From the human T2T-CHM13v2.0 reference genome, Homo sapiens, in assembly GCF_009914755.1 (NCBI RefSeq), contig NC_060947.1: 64,000 bases of DNA; one strand, 5' to 3'. Positions 13,635-27,716 of this stretch are shown one piece after another. Numbering within the stretch: the first letter of the stretch is position 1; every line of letters starts with the position of its first letter. Below the pieces are notes generated by a model. The model had not been told where the DNA came from, made no database searches, and worked only from the letters and a program-made list of their open reading frames with translations. The position numbers and the translations under genes were made by a program.

Positions 13635-13824
13635 CAGATGTTCCTGGACTTATGACAGTGTTGTCCCCATAAACCTATTGTAAGTTGAAAATTCACTTTC
13701 AACTTACAGTGAGTTTATCCAAACTTAATCCTATTGTAAGTTGAGGAACATACTGAATATCACTTTTGCACCACTATAAAGTTGAAACTCATAAGTTGAA
13801 CCATCCTGAGTCAGATACTCTCTG
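13635..13824. mobile_element. TcMar-Tigger MITE (MER47/Tigger5-like)
   Basis: TA|cagatgttcctggacttatga ... actctctg|TA, i.e. TA target sites, with repeated internal gtaagttga motifs. Confidence 0.7.
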
Positions 13825-15857
13825 TAGTACTTATCTTTGCATACCTGATGGTGCAGCATAACTCGACTTTATAGTGGCTGACCAACATTTTTTAGTTGAA
13901 CAATAATTATTCATCTGAGAGTTTTGCATATCTGTAGGACAAGGTTTCCAGTTTTTTAAGTAACTGAATAGAAATTAGAAGTAAACATCAGCATTGCAAG
14001 AGAAAAAATACTGAAGCATACTAAGGCTAAATGTGCATCAGAATAGAAAGACAAATAGAGGAAAAAAAAATCCACCATACAGAAAGCAGGCATTCTCAGC
14101 TTGAAATAGCTCCTACCTGTGGTTCCACTGAGTCTAAGTAAAACACACTTGTAAAAAAGTATTTTTGAAAGAATTCTTAACAGACACATGTCAAGAATGG
14201 TTTTTAAAATAAGAAATTCAGGGCTTAAAAAAATCAGGATATCCAGCATTGTTTTTCAAAATATACATTTTCAGTTCACTATGACATTTACATCTCTGCA
14301 TAATAAAAATATAAATCACTTTAGAGACTAAACATGTTGCTGACCTTGCACTAATGTAATCAACAAAGAATCTAATTGCTAACTGAATATTCTTTGAAAT
14401 TTTTAAGATATTGATAGCATTAAAAATATGTATTTTATTTCAGAAAAAACAGATACTGGGTAGAGTTTTAAAAATAAATACCAATGGATCATAAACTACC
14501 AAATATAAGGCAGTTATGCTTATTTTGACAACAAATAAAAAGTTAACTCATGTCAGCCAACTACTAAAGGAGACAAATCATAACAAACTTTTTCTAACCT
14601 TGACATTGCTGAAAGAAGTAGGATACTAGGTGGTGAAATGTGATATTAGATATAGTTTATCAGCAACCTGTTACCTAATACTTACCATCACAGAGCAGTC
14701 TCTACAATCCTACACTATTTTAAAACAGTAAAAAAAAAAGCCAACCACAAAAAAACACATGACAATCACAAAGAAAAAAATCGTAGCTGTATATTTAAAA
14801 AATTTAAGGGATAAATACATATGGTGTTTTTAATCACTCATGTAGTTTTATTGACACAAATTGAGTACTTTAACCATCACACACCCAAAGTACATGGTTT
14901 CAAGTCCAGATAACTCAGGCCACAAACTAAATCAAATCCTTGGAAGTGATTCTAGGTCCTTTACTCTCCAAAATTTCACACTCTACCTTTTAGCCACTGA
15001 AGTTGATTGCATAAGGTAGATCATGTAAGTAACTAGCACTGTATATTTTTACTGCCTTTCCACTAAAAACTGAACTTCCTGACTTATCTTCTACTAAAAT
15101 TATAAAGGTAAATATTTGCCAATCACCCTGTGTATGTGTCCTTGAGTTTATGCACCACACACACTGTTCCCCTGTGGTGTAAGCCATGATATCCTTGTGA
15201 ATTTATTAATGCTAAAATATAATAAGCAGCCTTCTCCTTCTCCACTGCCTTTAATAGTTCCTTATACTCCTTTATCTTTTATAAACTGGCAACATTAATA
15301 TTACTATGCCTATTAGTCCATATGAACTGTAGACAAATCTCTAGATAATGGTTTTGATAGTTTACATTTAATTATACTCAAAATTACAATATATTATTAA
15401 TATTCAGTAAACTGCAAAAGCTACAAAGACAACATTGTATCTCTCATATTGTCAATCAAAATTAAAAGTGTTGTTACATGGTTACTAACTGCAGAAATAG
15501 TTACATAGAACATTTCAAAGGAGAGTTTTGGACAAACCCAATTTAAATCCCTCTGCTGGTTTCTATCTGAGCTAATTCCAATTATGAACAAGTTTTGGTG
15601 GAGGGGTCATCAAAGTTGATTTCATCCACAACCAAATAGAAAAAGGATAATGTTCTCCTCATCTTCTACTTCTTCAGGTCTACATAATATATCTGACCTA
15701 AAAGGAAGCATACTGCCCTAAGTCTTGATTCTGCTACTAGCTACTTTTATCACCTAGTATAAATCACAGACTCTCCAAGTTTCAGTAGACTAATCCATAC
15801 AATGAAGTATTACATAATATCTCTGAGGTTCTTTCCAGCTTAAAAAATCTATAACTC

Positions 15858-16168
<311 letters not shown>

Positions 16169-16828
16169 TATATAACTCTATGAAAATATCTATAGAAATA
16201 ACAACCATAAAATAACAACATAAATGTAGATGCTGATTTAGTCAGATTCTCCCTACAAATCTTAAGAATGCTCTCTGTAAAACTAGATCTTGTAAAATAA
16301 GACTCTAGTATCTAGGCATTACATAGAATGGTCTAATGGCTAAGCAGTCTTTAAAACTAGTTAGAAACTTCTGAAATAATTTACACATAATCCTTTCTAA
16401 AAGCCAGGAAATTGATTTTAAATGATTTCAAGTTATGCTTATACAGTTCAATATTTCCAAGTCAGATATCCTTTCTACCCTGAGGTTGAAGATAATCTTC
16501 TCAAAGGATTCTATATTTAAGTATAATAATTCAGTTACTCATACACTGGCAACTGAAAATTTTATCCATTACACTTAAAATGGGTGAATTCAATAGCATG
16601 TAAATTATGTCTCAATAAAGCTGTTTATTTTTAAAAATGCATGCATAAGTATTTCTGTCAGGAAAACCTGTCCTATATTTTAAACTGCAGTTGAGTTATT
16701 AATAATTCCATTTGCTTATTACCAACTTACCTGAATATATTTGTTTGATAGGAGCTTTTCTCCTTTCCCTGTATTCTTTTTCCTTATATGCTAAAAATGT
16801 GGCTTAATAAATTAACATAAATACTTAC

Positions 16829-16888
16829 ATGACAAGAATCTGCTTCTCCCTCTTCCATTGGCTCATCAACCATTTTAAGACCATTTAC
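16829..16888 (-). CDS. RPS6KA6: RPS6KA6 coding exon 2: VNGLKMVDEPMEEGEADSCH
   Basis: 60 nt, phase 0/0, with acceptor tttttcag|GTA and donor CAT|gtaagt. It joins exon 1 to exon 3 in frame and matches the recalled RSK4 sequence. Confidence 0.97.
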
Positions 16889-17478
16889 CTGAAAAACATT
16901 GTTCAAAAATTGAGGTTCAAAAGTATTAAAACAAGAGTGATAACTAAGAAAAATATAACCCTAGGCATTTCCTTCCACAATCTAACAAGATCCACACTTA
17001 CTGAAAAACAAAAGGACAAAGGACACATAGAAGTACTTAGAAAAGGAACACTATTAACATGGTTCCCAGATTATCCTTGAGAAACTTTGATTTTCAGAGC
17101 TTTATGCTTAATTTCATATTGTTTAGAGTTTTGCAATAACAGATAACTATACACTAAGTATATAACCTATGTACTTTCATTAAATTGTCCCCAACCAAGT
17201 ATTTATGACAGGAAAAAAAATGCCACAGAAATCTACCATGGGGGTATATTCAAAGCAAATTATAATAAGAACAGTTTTATATAATTGCACTGTTGTGAAT
17301 TCCTCTTTCATTCAGTTAATTAAACATCATGACATACTATACAGAAGAAAAAATAAACTATAGGAGAAAGATGTAAGTAATCATGGAAACAAAACAAGTC
17401 AACATGCAGAGCTCAGTAGGTAATACTACTCATTCTTTAACAACTAATTCAAGAAACAGTAAAGTAGAAGACTTAGAT

Positions 17479-17692
17479 CAAGGTTCTACAAACTATAACC
17501 CATGAGCTAAATCTGACCTCTTGTCCGTTTCTGTAAAAATTTTACTAGAACACAGCCAGACCCATTTGTTTCCATCTTATCTATGGCTGCTTTTGCACTA
17601 CAACAGCAGAGTTGACCAGTTGTGACAGAGACCCTATGTCTGCAAAGCTTAAAATATTTCCTATCTGCACCCTTACAATCTGCCAAACACTG
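17479..17692. mobile_element. MER58A-like hAT-Charlie MITE
   Basis: caaggttctacaaacta...tttactagaacacagcc...tatggctgcttttgcactacaacagcagagttg...atatttcctatctg. Confidence 0.8.
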
Positions 17693-17789
17693 AACTAAGA
17701 TGTTTGAAAATTAGGCAACAGGAAGACGAACTAGATAAAAAGGATTTTTACCACTGCCCATTTGTAAGTCAACAGAAAAAAAAATTAAA

Positions 17790-20450
17790 AAGTAAATTAG
17801 AGTTTCTTGTGACAGTCAAAATGAAATAAGCTCATAAGCCTATCTCCCCCTATTATAAACTAAAATCCTTATGTAGAATACAAAAAGAAACTACATAAGA
17901 ACTCTGAAAATGAAACAAAAACAAATTAATTAGGGAAGATCAAAACTTGAAAATTAACTCTGATGAATTCCCTAGGTTTATTTTCTACCTTTATCTCCTG
18001 AATTTGAGCAGAGGAGAGAATGAGTCACAAAATTACACAGTAGACATCAACAAAAATTCCAAGAAAAATCCCATTTTCTAGACAAAGGACCAGGAAAAGA
18101 CGCACTTTTGAGCCTGTAAACATAAGGAGAATCCAAGATTCCCCATGTACACACTTTCTCTTTTTTGATGCTGAGTCCAACTCCAAGGCAAGCCCTGATC
18201 AAGAGAAAATCTCTCTCTCTGGCCAGAGGAAGCAGGAAAAGAGGTCCCTATTATAAGAAAAATGTGAAGGTAATCCCTGTTATTTTTTTTGCACTCTCTT
18301 CTTTACTTCATCCAAAAGGCAGCTCCAATAGTGTAAAGTTATATTCCAGCATAAAAAGCTAAGACTCTGAGAGAAACTCATATTTGTGGCCAGCAGAACA
18401 GAATAAAGGGCCCATGGGAATTGAAGAATGTGGAAGAAATCAGAGAGGATAGAATGAAGAGAGCAGATCCCCTAATTCTGTGTATGAACCAACACAAGTC
18501 CTGGTCACAACAAAAAACTGCATGTGTGCAGAAAGGACTAAAGAAACATAACAAAGTCTTTGAGTACTGAACTACAATACCAATAATTGCTCGTCTCAGA
18601 CTAACCACTGAATTAGCACATCCAATGAGTGGCACATGCAGAGTGCTGACCCAAACTCTCTGAAAACTGAATTAACATTGGAACCATTATCCAGAGAGGA
18701 CAAGACATAACTTTGGAGTCAACCTAACTAGGTAGATTGCCTGCTGAAACAAACAAATTATCAACAAGTATCAACTCCAAGATGGCTCCAAAGTTGAACT
18801 ATCTGACAAGAATCTTAAAGCAGCTACTATAACTATGCTTTTCTGGATAAAAATAAACACACCTGAATGAAATGATAAAAGGTTCTCAGCAGAGAAATAG
18901 AAACTATGAAAAAAAACAAATGTAAGTAATTCTAGAACTAAAAATCATATGAAAAATTTTAAAAATACTGGATAGACTCAATAAAAGAATGCAGGTGGCT
19001 GAGGAAATAAACTTTAAGACAGATCAATAGATGTCATCCAATATGAAGAAAAGAGTGAAAATGATGAAAAATAAACAGAGCCTCAGAGACATATGAAACA
19101 CTATGAGACATTCTAAAATCCATGTCATTAACATCCCATAAAATAACAGAGTAATACTGAAAAAATCACTTAACGAAATAAAGGCAATTTCATTCATATG
19201 AAATAATGAAAACAGGGAAATGTATAGAGACAGAAAGCAGACTAATGGTTGGTTGGGGTGAGGTATGTGGAGATGGAGGTCATAACTAAAGGGTACAATG
19301 TTCCTTTTTGATGTGATGAAGAACTTTTAAAATTTACTGTTGTGATAGTTGTACATATTTGTGAATATAATAAAAAGTATTGAATTGTATATTTTAAATG
19401 GGTGAATTATATGTTATGTGAATTCTATCTCACTAAAGCTGTATTTTCAAGATAAATAATGGCTGAACATTTCCCAAATTTGAAAAAAAAAATTACAGTT
19501 TCAAGAAGTTCAGTAAATCCCAAACAGAATAAAATTAAAGAAATCCACCCCAAGACACATCTTAAGTAAACTACTTTAAACCAAAGGAAAAATGGGGAAA
19601 ATATTGAAAGGAGTGAGAGAAAAACCACACATTACATAAAGAGGAACATCAAACTGAATGACTGCAGATTTCTCGTAAGAAATCATGGAGACCAGAAAAC
19701 AGAGAACATTAACCCGAAATCAGTGGAAACATGTTAAGACACAAATCTGTACATACATTTTTACAGCAGCTTTATTTATCATTGTCATAAATTGGAAACA
19801 ATCAAGATGGTCTTCAACTGATGAGTGGATAAAAAGAATACTACTTTTTACTCATCAATAAAAAGAAGAGAACTGTTGATACTTGTAACAACATCGATGA
19901 ATCTTAAAAGCGTTTCTGCTAACTGAAAGAAGCCAAATCCAAAAGGCTAAATACTGTATGACTTCATGTATAAGATACTTTGAATAAAGCAAAACTGTAG
20001 GGAAAGAATAAAGATAATTGGTTCAACGGGTTGGGGGTAGAGGAAGACGAGTATCACTCAGCAATAAAAAAGAATAATATACTGATACATTCAACAACAT
20101 GGATGAATCCCAAACACATTGTAAATAAAAGGTGCAAGATTCAAAAGGCTACATTCTGTAGGATTCCATTTATATGTTATTCTGTAAAAGGTAAAACTAA
20201 AAGGAATGGAGAAGAAATTAGTGGTTGCAAGGAGTTAGGGATAGGGAAGAGGCTGACTACAAAGAGGCATCACATGGGAAGAGTGTGTGTATGTGTGTGT
20301 GTGTGCTGGGGAGGGTGGGTCATCGAACAACTCTTTATCTGGATTGTGATGATGGTTACACAACTCTATACATTTTTTAATCTCAGAACCCTACATGAAA
20401 AAGAGTGAATTTTACTATATGAAAAATTGGAAACCAATTTATTAAAAAGT
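17790..20450 (+). mobile_element. Patchwork of old L1M fragments (5'/ORF1-like pieces with nested L1MB/MC/ME 3' ends)
   Basis: ORF1-like aaataatggctgaacatttcccaaatttg...cagtaaatcccaaacagaataaa; 3' UTR-like pieces at ~19190-19445 and ~19740-20420. Confidence 0.65.
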
Positions 20451-20489
20451 AAATTAGCATTATTTACTCAACTAGCATCTCTATTCTAA

Positions 20490-20990
20490 AAAAAAATCCC
20501 ATTGAAAACCAGCAATGGTCAATAAAGTCAGTAATGATGTCTACTTTGCTAACGGATCCATCAGTCATTATCTTATTTGATCTCTCTGCAGCATGTCACA
20601 GGTGACCACTCTCCTATTTGAGTCTTTAGCTTCTGTAATACCATACACTCCTTTTATTTTACTCCAATTTCCTTTGCTGCTTTTTTTCAATACCCTTGAA
20701 ACACTGTAATTCCTCAGGAAATGGACTAGGATCACCTTCTCATCCCACTCCACATTCTTTCCCCACGCAGCTAATTTACTAACATGATTCACGTTTACTC
20801 AGTGACTAACTCTGAGTTCCTGATCCATATATCCAACTGCATACTTGACATTTCCACATGTTTATCTCAGATGTCTCTCAAAAATAACCAATACAAAAAG
20901 GAATTCTTGACCCCTGCTTCATATCTGCTCTTTCTTCAGGGTTTCCCATTTCATTAAATGATAACACCATCTACCACCTTAGCTCAACAA
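20490..20990. mobile_element. L2 fragment
   Basis: Pyrimidine-rich, with L2-type motifs such as ccatatatccaactgcatacttgacatttccacatg. Confidence 0.6.
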
Positions 20991-22389
20991 AACAGACTAT
21001 GTGGGATTAAAAAAAGAACTGTGACAGATTCATTGTAAGCATATAGAAAGAAGAGCATTCGGAAAACAGTCCAGAAATCAATATTAAGACAGAATCGTGA
21101 TAATTAAATTTTTGCCATAAAATGACTCTCAGAATTATCCATAGAAAAAAGGATTATGCATAGGAAGAGGATTATCCATAAAAAAAGAAAAATATTGCTT
21201 TCCTCTGTTACCTTAGTTACTGGTTACTTCCTATTCATATCATCTTATGACTAATTTATCATGAAGCTGTGGGTCTGAAGGAACTAGAAATAAAATGAAT
21301 GTGAATGAGTCAAGAAGATCACTCTATCCTGGAAATTATCTCAGTCAGAAATGGCCTTTAGAAACAGAACACTCCATTGCTCCCATCTCATCTACCCTCA
21401 AGGTATCAGGTTTTCAATATAAGAATATTCATCCTACGGAGAACCACAGTGTATACTCATTGATACTTACTATAATTTAAATCACTTTCATCCACATAAA
21501 AACAAAAATAATTTCTGAATTCTCTGGGATAATAAATCTTTATTTCAAAAATAAAATTTGTAATTTGAAAAGATAAGCAGACATGCTGCTTTCCCCAATT
21601 AAGTGCCAAATGAGAGGAAAAAAATTCTACATATGATTCTGGAATGTTTATCATCAACAATAAAGGTAGTAATAATTTACTCAGATATTTCAAAATCCAA
21701 GTGAACAGACTCTCGTACCAGGGCTTAGAGAAGACTACTTTAAAAATTCTTTTCACATTTTATCAGAAAAGACTTAAAGCACTTACAAATATGCGGGACA
21801 AACAGAAATCCTAAACTGAGTTGCTGTACTCATCTGATCCCAGAAAATCACATAGGTCACTTCAAATTTATCGCTTTCTTACTATTATTGACCAAAGCAA
21901 CTCATCAAGGAAAACTGAACTGAGAAATTAAAAAAAAAAAAATCCCTTTCAGATCCTTGGAATTGGAGGTGGTATGGGATAGTGAACATATGAATACAAA
22001 TAGTTTAGTAAAAGAGTTTACTGTTATCTATGATACATAAACCTGTTCCTTAGTGTTACACAAAAGGAGGAAGTTAACAGAGCTTGTAGCTTGGTGCTGA
22101 AAGATATATTGAAACTTAGAAGTAGGCCCACATCTAACTAGAATAAAATCTACTTTTTCCTTATTTGTGTGCACCTCTGAAGAAGAAAGTAGAGAGATAC
22201 ACATTTCCGAAGAAGACAGTAGAGAGATACACAAATAAGAACTAGATAAAAAGTGAGAATAAATATGGGTGATGCAAATGATTAACAAAACATACACAGG
22301 ACAGCAGTTTCCACAATAAATTTGACAATATTATATATTTTCAAGTATTCTCCAGGATCCCCAAAATCAACCTAGTAAAAAAAAATATT

Positions 22390-22692
22390 GGCCAGGTGCT
22401 GTGGCTCATGCCTGTAATCCCAGCACTTTGGGAAACTAAGGCAGGTGCATCACCTGAGATCAGGAGCTCGAGATCAGTCTGGCCAACATGGTGAAACCCG
22501 TCTCTACTAAAAATATAAAAATTAGCTGTACATAGTGACACACGCCTGTAATCCCAGCTACATGGGAGGCTGAGGCACAACTGCTTGAACCCAGGAGGTG
22601 GAGGTTTCAGTGAGCCGAGATTATGCCACAACACTCCAGCTTGGATGGCAGAGTAAGACTCCTTCTAAAAAAAAAAAAAAAAAAAAAGAAAA
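22390..22692 (+). mobile_element. AluS element
   Basis: Dimeric Alu with a poly-A tail. Confidence 0.92.
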
Positions 22693-22832
22693 TATGTCTC
22701 TCAAATAAGCTTTACATTTACATATTAGTCACTGATAGCTTTTGTAAAGAAGACTTCTTCTATTCAATTTTTTCACTTTATTTAAATAACAAAAGTAAAT
22801 TAGAGCTAAAGATAAAGGTGGGTCCACATCTA

Positions 22833-23180
<348 letters not shown>

Positions 23181-23230
23181 TTAAGCCCAGGACAAAATAA
23201 AACAGAGAAAGAAACCTACCAATTAAGCAA

Positions 23231-23866
23231 TGTGTTGGACACTCTAAGATAGGCCCCCATGATCCTCACCTCTTGCTGTTTATGCCCTTCTATAATCCCC
23301 ATCCCCTTGAATGTGAACATGGCCTATCACTGAATTCCAACCAATAGAATATGGCAAAGGCGATGAGATTTTACATATATGATTACACTGTGTCATATAA
23401 GACTCTAGAGGCTTTCCTTGCTGACTTGATTGAAGTAATTAAGTGACCATGTTGAGAAAGTCCCCATAACGAGGGACTGTGGCCATCCTCTAGGAACTAC
23501 AGGCAGCCTCTAGGAGTTGAAAGCAGCCTCCACTCAACATCCAGCAAGAAGCCAGGGCCCTCAGTCCTGCAACCACAAGGAAAGGAACTCTACCAAGAAT
23601 CTGAGGGAGTGTAAAAGTAGATTATTCACCCAGTCAAGCCTCTATATAACAATGCAGAACAGCTGAAACCTTGATTACATTTTTGTGGGAATCGAAGCAG
23701 AGGACCAAGCTGACCCATGTGTTGATTACAGCTTGGTAGGGCCCTAAGCAGAGGATCTAGTTGAGCCAAGCCCAGATTCCTGATCCATAGAAACTGTGAG
23801 ATAATAAATGTGTCTTGGTTAAAGCTGCTAAATTTATGGTAATTTTTTGCAGCACTAGGTAATACA
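23231..23866 (+). mobile_element. MaLR solo LTR (MLT1E/F-like)
   Basis: tgtgttggacactctaagataggccccc ... aaagctgctaaatttatggtaattttttgcagcactaggtaataca, flanked by agcaa/atcaa. Confidence 0.75.
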
Positions 23867-24167
23867 ATCAAAAGTGTCTATGATCAAAAATTCTCCCCTG
23901 AAACAGACTTTCCAGAGACAAATTTTACAGTTTAATCATTTTAAAATAGATCTTTACTTATTAAACTCACATATTTGTTCTCATTTGGTAGAAATAAAAC
24001 TGTAAACTATATACTAGTAAGTGACCCAGGACAAATGTTTAAGTGGGGCCAAATTTTTAATTTTAGTTTCAATAAACTTAAAATTGAGCAGTTCTATTTT
24101 TGTCCTTTAATCCTGCTTTCCGAAAAATCAATCACTAACTTAAGCACAGTATAGAGAACGTAATTCC

Positions 24168-24817
24168 TTTTTTTAAAATTTTATTTTAAGTTCTGGGATA
24201 CATGTGATGAACGTGCAGGTTTGTTACACAGGTATACATGTGCCATGGTGGCTTGCTCCACCTATCAACTCGCCATCTAGGTTTTAAGCTCCACATGCAT
24301 TAGGTATTTGTCCGAATACTCTCCCCGCCCTTTTCCCGCCAACCCCCGACATACCCCAGTGTGTGATATTCCCCTCCCTGTGTCCATGTGTTCTCATTGT
24401 TCAAATCCCACTTATGAGTGAGAACATGTGGTGTTCGGTTTTCTGTCCCTGTGTTAGTTTGCTAAGGATGATGGTTTCTAGTTTCATCCATGTCCCTGCA
24501 AAGGACATGAACTCATTCTTTTTATGGCTGCATAGTATTCCATGATGTGTATGTACCACATTTTCTTTATCCAGTCTATCACTGATGGGCATTTAGGTTA
24601 GTTCCAAGTGTTTGCTGCAATAAATAGTAGTGCAATAAACATGCGTGTTTATATATAGTGTTTATATATAGTGCTGCAATAAATAGGGCTGCAATAAACA
24701 TACGTGTGCATGTGTCTTTATATTAGAATGATTTATAATCCTTTGGGTATATACCCATTAATGGGATTGCTAGATCAAATGGTATTTCTGGTCCTAGATC
24801 CTTGACGAATCACCGCA
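24168..24817 (-). mobile_element. 5'-truncated primate L1PA 3' end with a 13-bp TSD
   Basis: Reverse-complement L1PA 3' UTR and ORF2 end (KNEFMSFAGTWMKLETIILSKL). TSD agaacgtaattcc (24155-24167) / agaacataatttc (24818-24830). Confidence 0.92.
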
Positions 24818-24974
24818 AGAACATAATTTCATATTCCTTTAACAATCAGGGATATCTCAGTATCTTAAGAACTAACCCTCTCAACATGAATTATCAACAG
24901 CATGGCTTTGTTGAAATGGAAAGTAAATCCAGAATATATCCTGGAATTTACTTTTTCAAAATAATTCCACCATA

Positions 24975-25640
24975 CATAAGGATGTGGAGAAATTGGAACC
25001 TCTGTGCACTGTTGGTGACAACGTAAAATGGTATAGCTGCTATAAAAAGCAGTATAGCAATTCCTTAAAAATTTAAAATAGAATTACCATATGATCTAGC
25101 AATCCCACTTCAGGGTATAGAACCAAAAAAATCGAAAGCAGGGTCTCAAAAAGATATTTGTACACCTATGTTCATAGCAGCATTATTTACAAATAGCCAA
25201 AAGGTAGAAGCAACCCAAGTATTTATCGACAGATGGTAAGTTAAACAAAATGTGGTATATACATACAATGGAATATCATTCAACCTTAAAAAGAAAGGAA
25301 ATTCTGACACACGCTGCAACATGAACCATGATGATATTATATGAATTGAAATAAGCCAGTCATAAAATGACAAATACTATATGGTTCCATTTATATAAGG
25401 TATCTAGAATAGTCAAATTCATAGAGATGGAAAGTAGAAAGGTGGTTGCTGGGGCTGGCAAAAAGGGGAGAATGGAAAGCTTTTGTGTAACGTGTAAGGA
25501 GTTCTAGTTTTGCAAGGTAAAAACAGTCCTGTAGATTGGCTGCACAATAATGTGAATGTACTCAACACTTTTGAACTGTATTCTTTAAAATGGTTAAGAT
25601 GGCAAATTTTATGTTTCATATATATATTTATATATATAAG
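24975..25640 (+). mobile_element. L1MB-like 3' fragment
   Basis: ggatgtggagaaattggaacc...gaattaccatatgatctagcaatcccactt...aaaatggttaagatggcaaattttatgtt. Confidence 0.85.
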
Positions 25641-25769
25641 ACAATTTAAAATTTTAATGCTAAAAATAAGATTAGTAATACATCACATCAGGTAAATTTC
25701 TTGTCATGTGCATCTAGACTTAAAGCTCCTTGAGGAATGATGCTGTGTTTCATTCATTAGGCAGGCATA

Positions 25770-25980
25770 GTATGTCATGAAAACAGCAATTCTTCAGTGT
25801 CAAGCAGACCAAGATTCAAACTCTAAAGCTCTACTTTTACTGCCTTTGAAAAGTTTATTAAGCTTTCTTAGTTGCAATTTCTTCATCTGTAAAATGAGCA
25901 ACCTAGGATTGTCAGGATTCATACAATGTTCCTAAAGCAGCTGGCACAGTGTCTGACATGTGCTCAACAAATGCATGATG
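25770..25980. mobile_element. MIR
   Basis: MIR core motif tttcttcatctgtaaaatgag. Confidence 0.6.
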
Positions 25981-26160
25981 TGTGAATGTTTTTCTGATAA
26001 AAACAATACAGAAAAAAATAAAAACATTTTAGCTAATAATTCATCAGAGGTGAATAATGCTGCCTGTATAGAGAATAAAAAATATGTGAATCAAAACTTA
26101 CTGCCATATCACTATCATAATAGTATTGACTCAATAGTCTTAATTTAGTTTTTTTGTATC

Positions 26161-26326
26161 ATTTATTTATTTTTTGAGATAGGATCTCGCTGTGTCGCCC
26201 CAGGCTGCAGTGCAGTGGCAGTGCGATCACAGCTCATTGTAACCTCAAACTCCTAGGCTCAAATAATCCTCCTGCCCCAGCTTCCCAAAGCACAGGGATT
26301 ACAGTCATGAGCCACAGTGCCCAGCC
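26161..26326 (-). mobile_element. Alu monomer (FRAM/AluJ-derived)
   Basis: T-rich tail followed by gagataggatctcgctgtgtcgcc...gggattacagtcatgagccac. Confidence 0.8.
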
Positions 26327-27716
26327 CTAGTGTAGTTTTGATATGTCATACTGTTGTGGAAAGATCACTTTTAAAATTATGATAGGATCACTTTTGGTCA
26401 ACGTGAAATGAATCTCCCAAACCAACCCATAAAGGTATATACATACTCATGAACATACTCTTTGCTTTAAGAAACACAAATTGGAGAGAAATAAAAAAGT
26501 ATCTTTGTATATTTTTACTATAACACACTTTATCAATTTATCTAACAGTCTTTTAAGCAAGACATTTCCAAAAATAAGATTTAGTTGGTTTGTTTTTTTG
26601 GATTCACCAGGCAAGTTTTAATTTGTACTGTGTCTTTTATACTACCAAATATTTTCAAAGGTTTATTAATATCTATGGTCATTTCCCCAAAACACTTTAA
26701 TCTTTTTGAACTTTTAGATTAAATTATATAGTTAACATACTGCTTATGAGAAATCTGATAACAACTACAATACTCATTTTAAATGATTTACTTTGATCCT
26801 TTCTGGCTTTCTAATTATACAATATTCTTGTAGTTTGTACCTCAAGAAGTTTGAAATACACCCACCTAATTATTGTCACTGCTTCAGGGAGGACTTAAGA
26901 AAGGGCAATTATGTTTCAAATCAATTTAAAAGAGATGTCTTTTTTTTAAAAGAGTCTCAGAATGGGACAAGAGTATACAGCCTCCAAGCGATTACTTTAG
27001 TCAGGTATTTAAATGCAATCATGAGGCTCTGTTGTAAAAGCAGTTAGCTGGTAAAACATATCCATGTTCAAATTAAGGCATAAAACCAAGTCCAAAGTTA
27101 AATATGAATGATCTTTGGAGTATTTGCCATTTTGAATTACCTGTGCTTTTGAATGTCAACTCATCTTTATCAAGACTCAACGTTAACACTTTCCCTTTTT
27201 CCTTCCACCTTACCCTATGAAGACTTCTATCAGTAAACACTGTGTTACTTGTTAAGTGTCTCTTCCATCTCTCTATCATACTGTAATCTCCTGGAGGAAA
27301 GGGATCTCATCATATTACTCTTGGTTACCCCAGTACCTAGCATAATATCTGGAACATAATAGACACTGGAAAAATATTTACAAAATGGAATGACTAAAAT
27401 CTGGGATCTAAATGAATAAAATTTATAAAATAACTTCAATAATAAGCAATGGCCATTATTTTTCCTTCGATTTTTATTAGTTTTCTTACTAAAAATGTTT
27501 AAAACCAACTTTCAAACATAATTTCATGACGAAGTTACAGTAAGTCATTTTACTTCCCATTTCTGACTCTTAAATGCTAACAGCAAAGAGGAATTCAGCT
27601 TTTTCAAAATCACATTAAAAATATATTATTTGGGTTAGTCATAAAATTGTTTTCAAGAAAAAAAATGTTAGAAATTCTTTGTATTTCATATCTTGCATGG
27701 AAATCACATTATGAAC

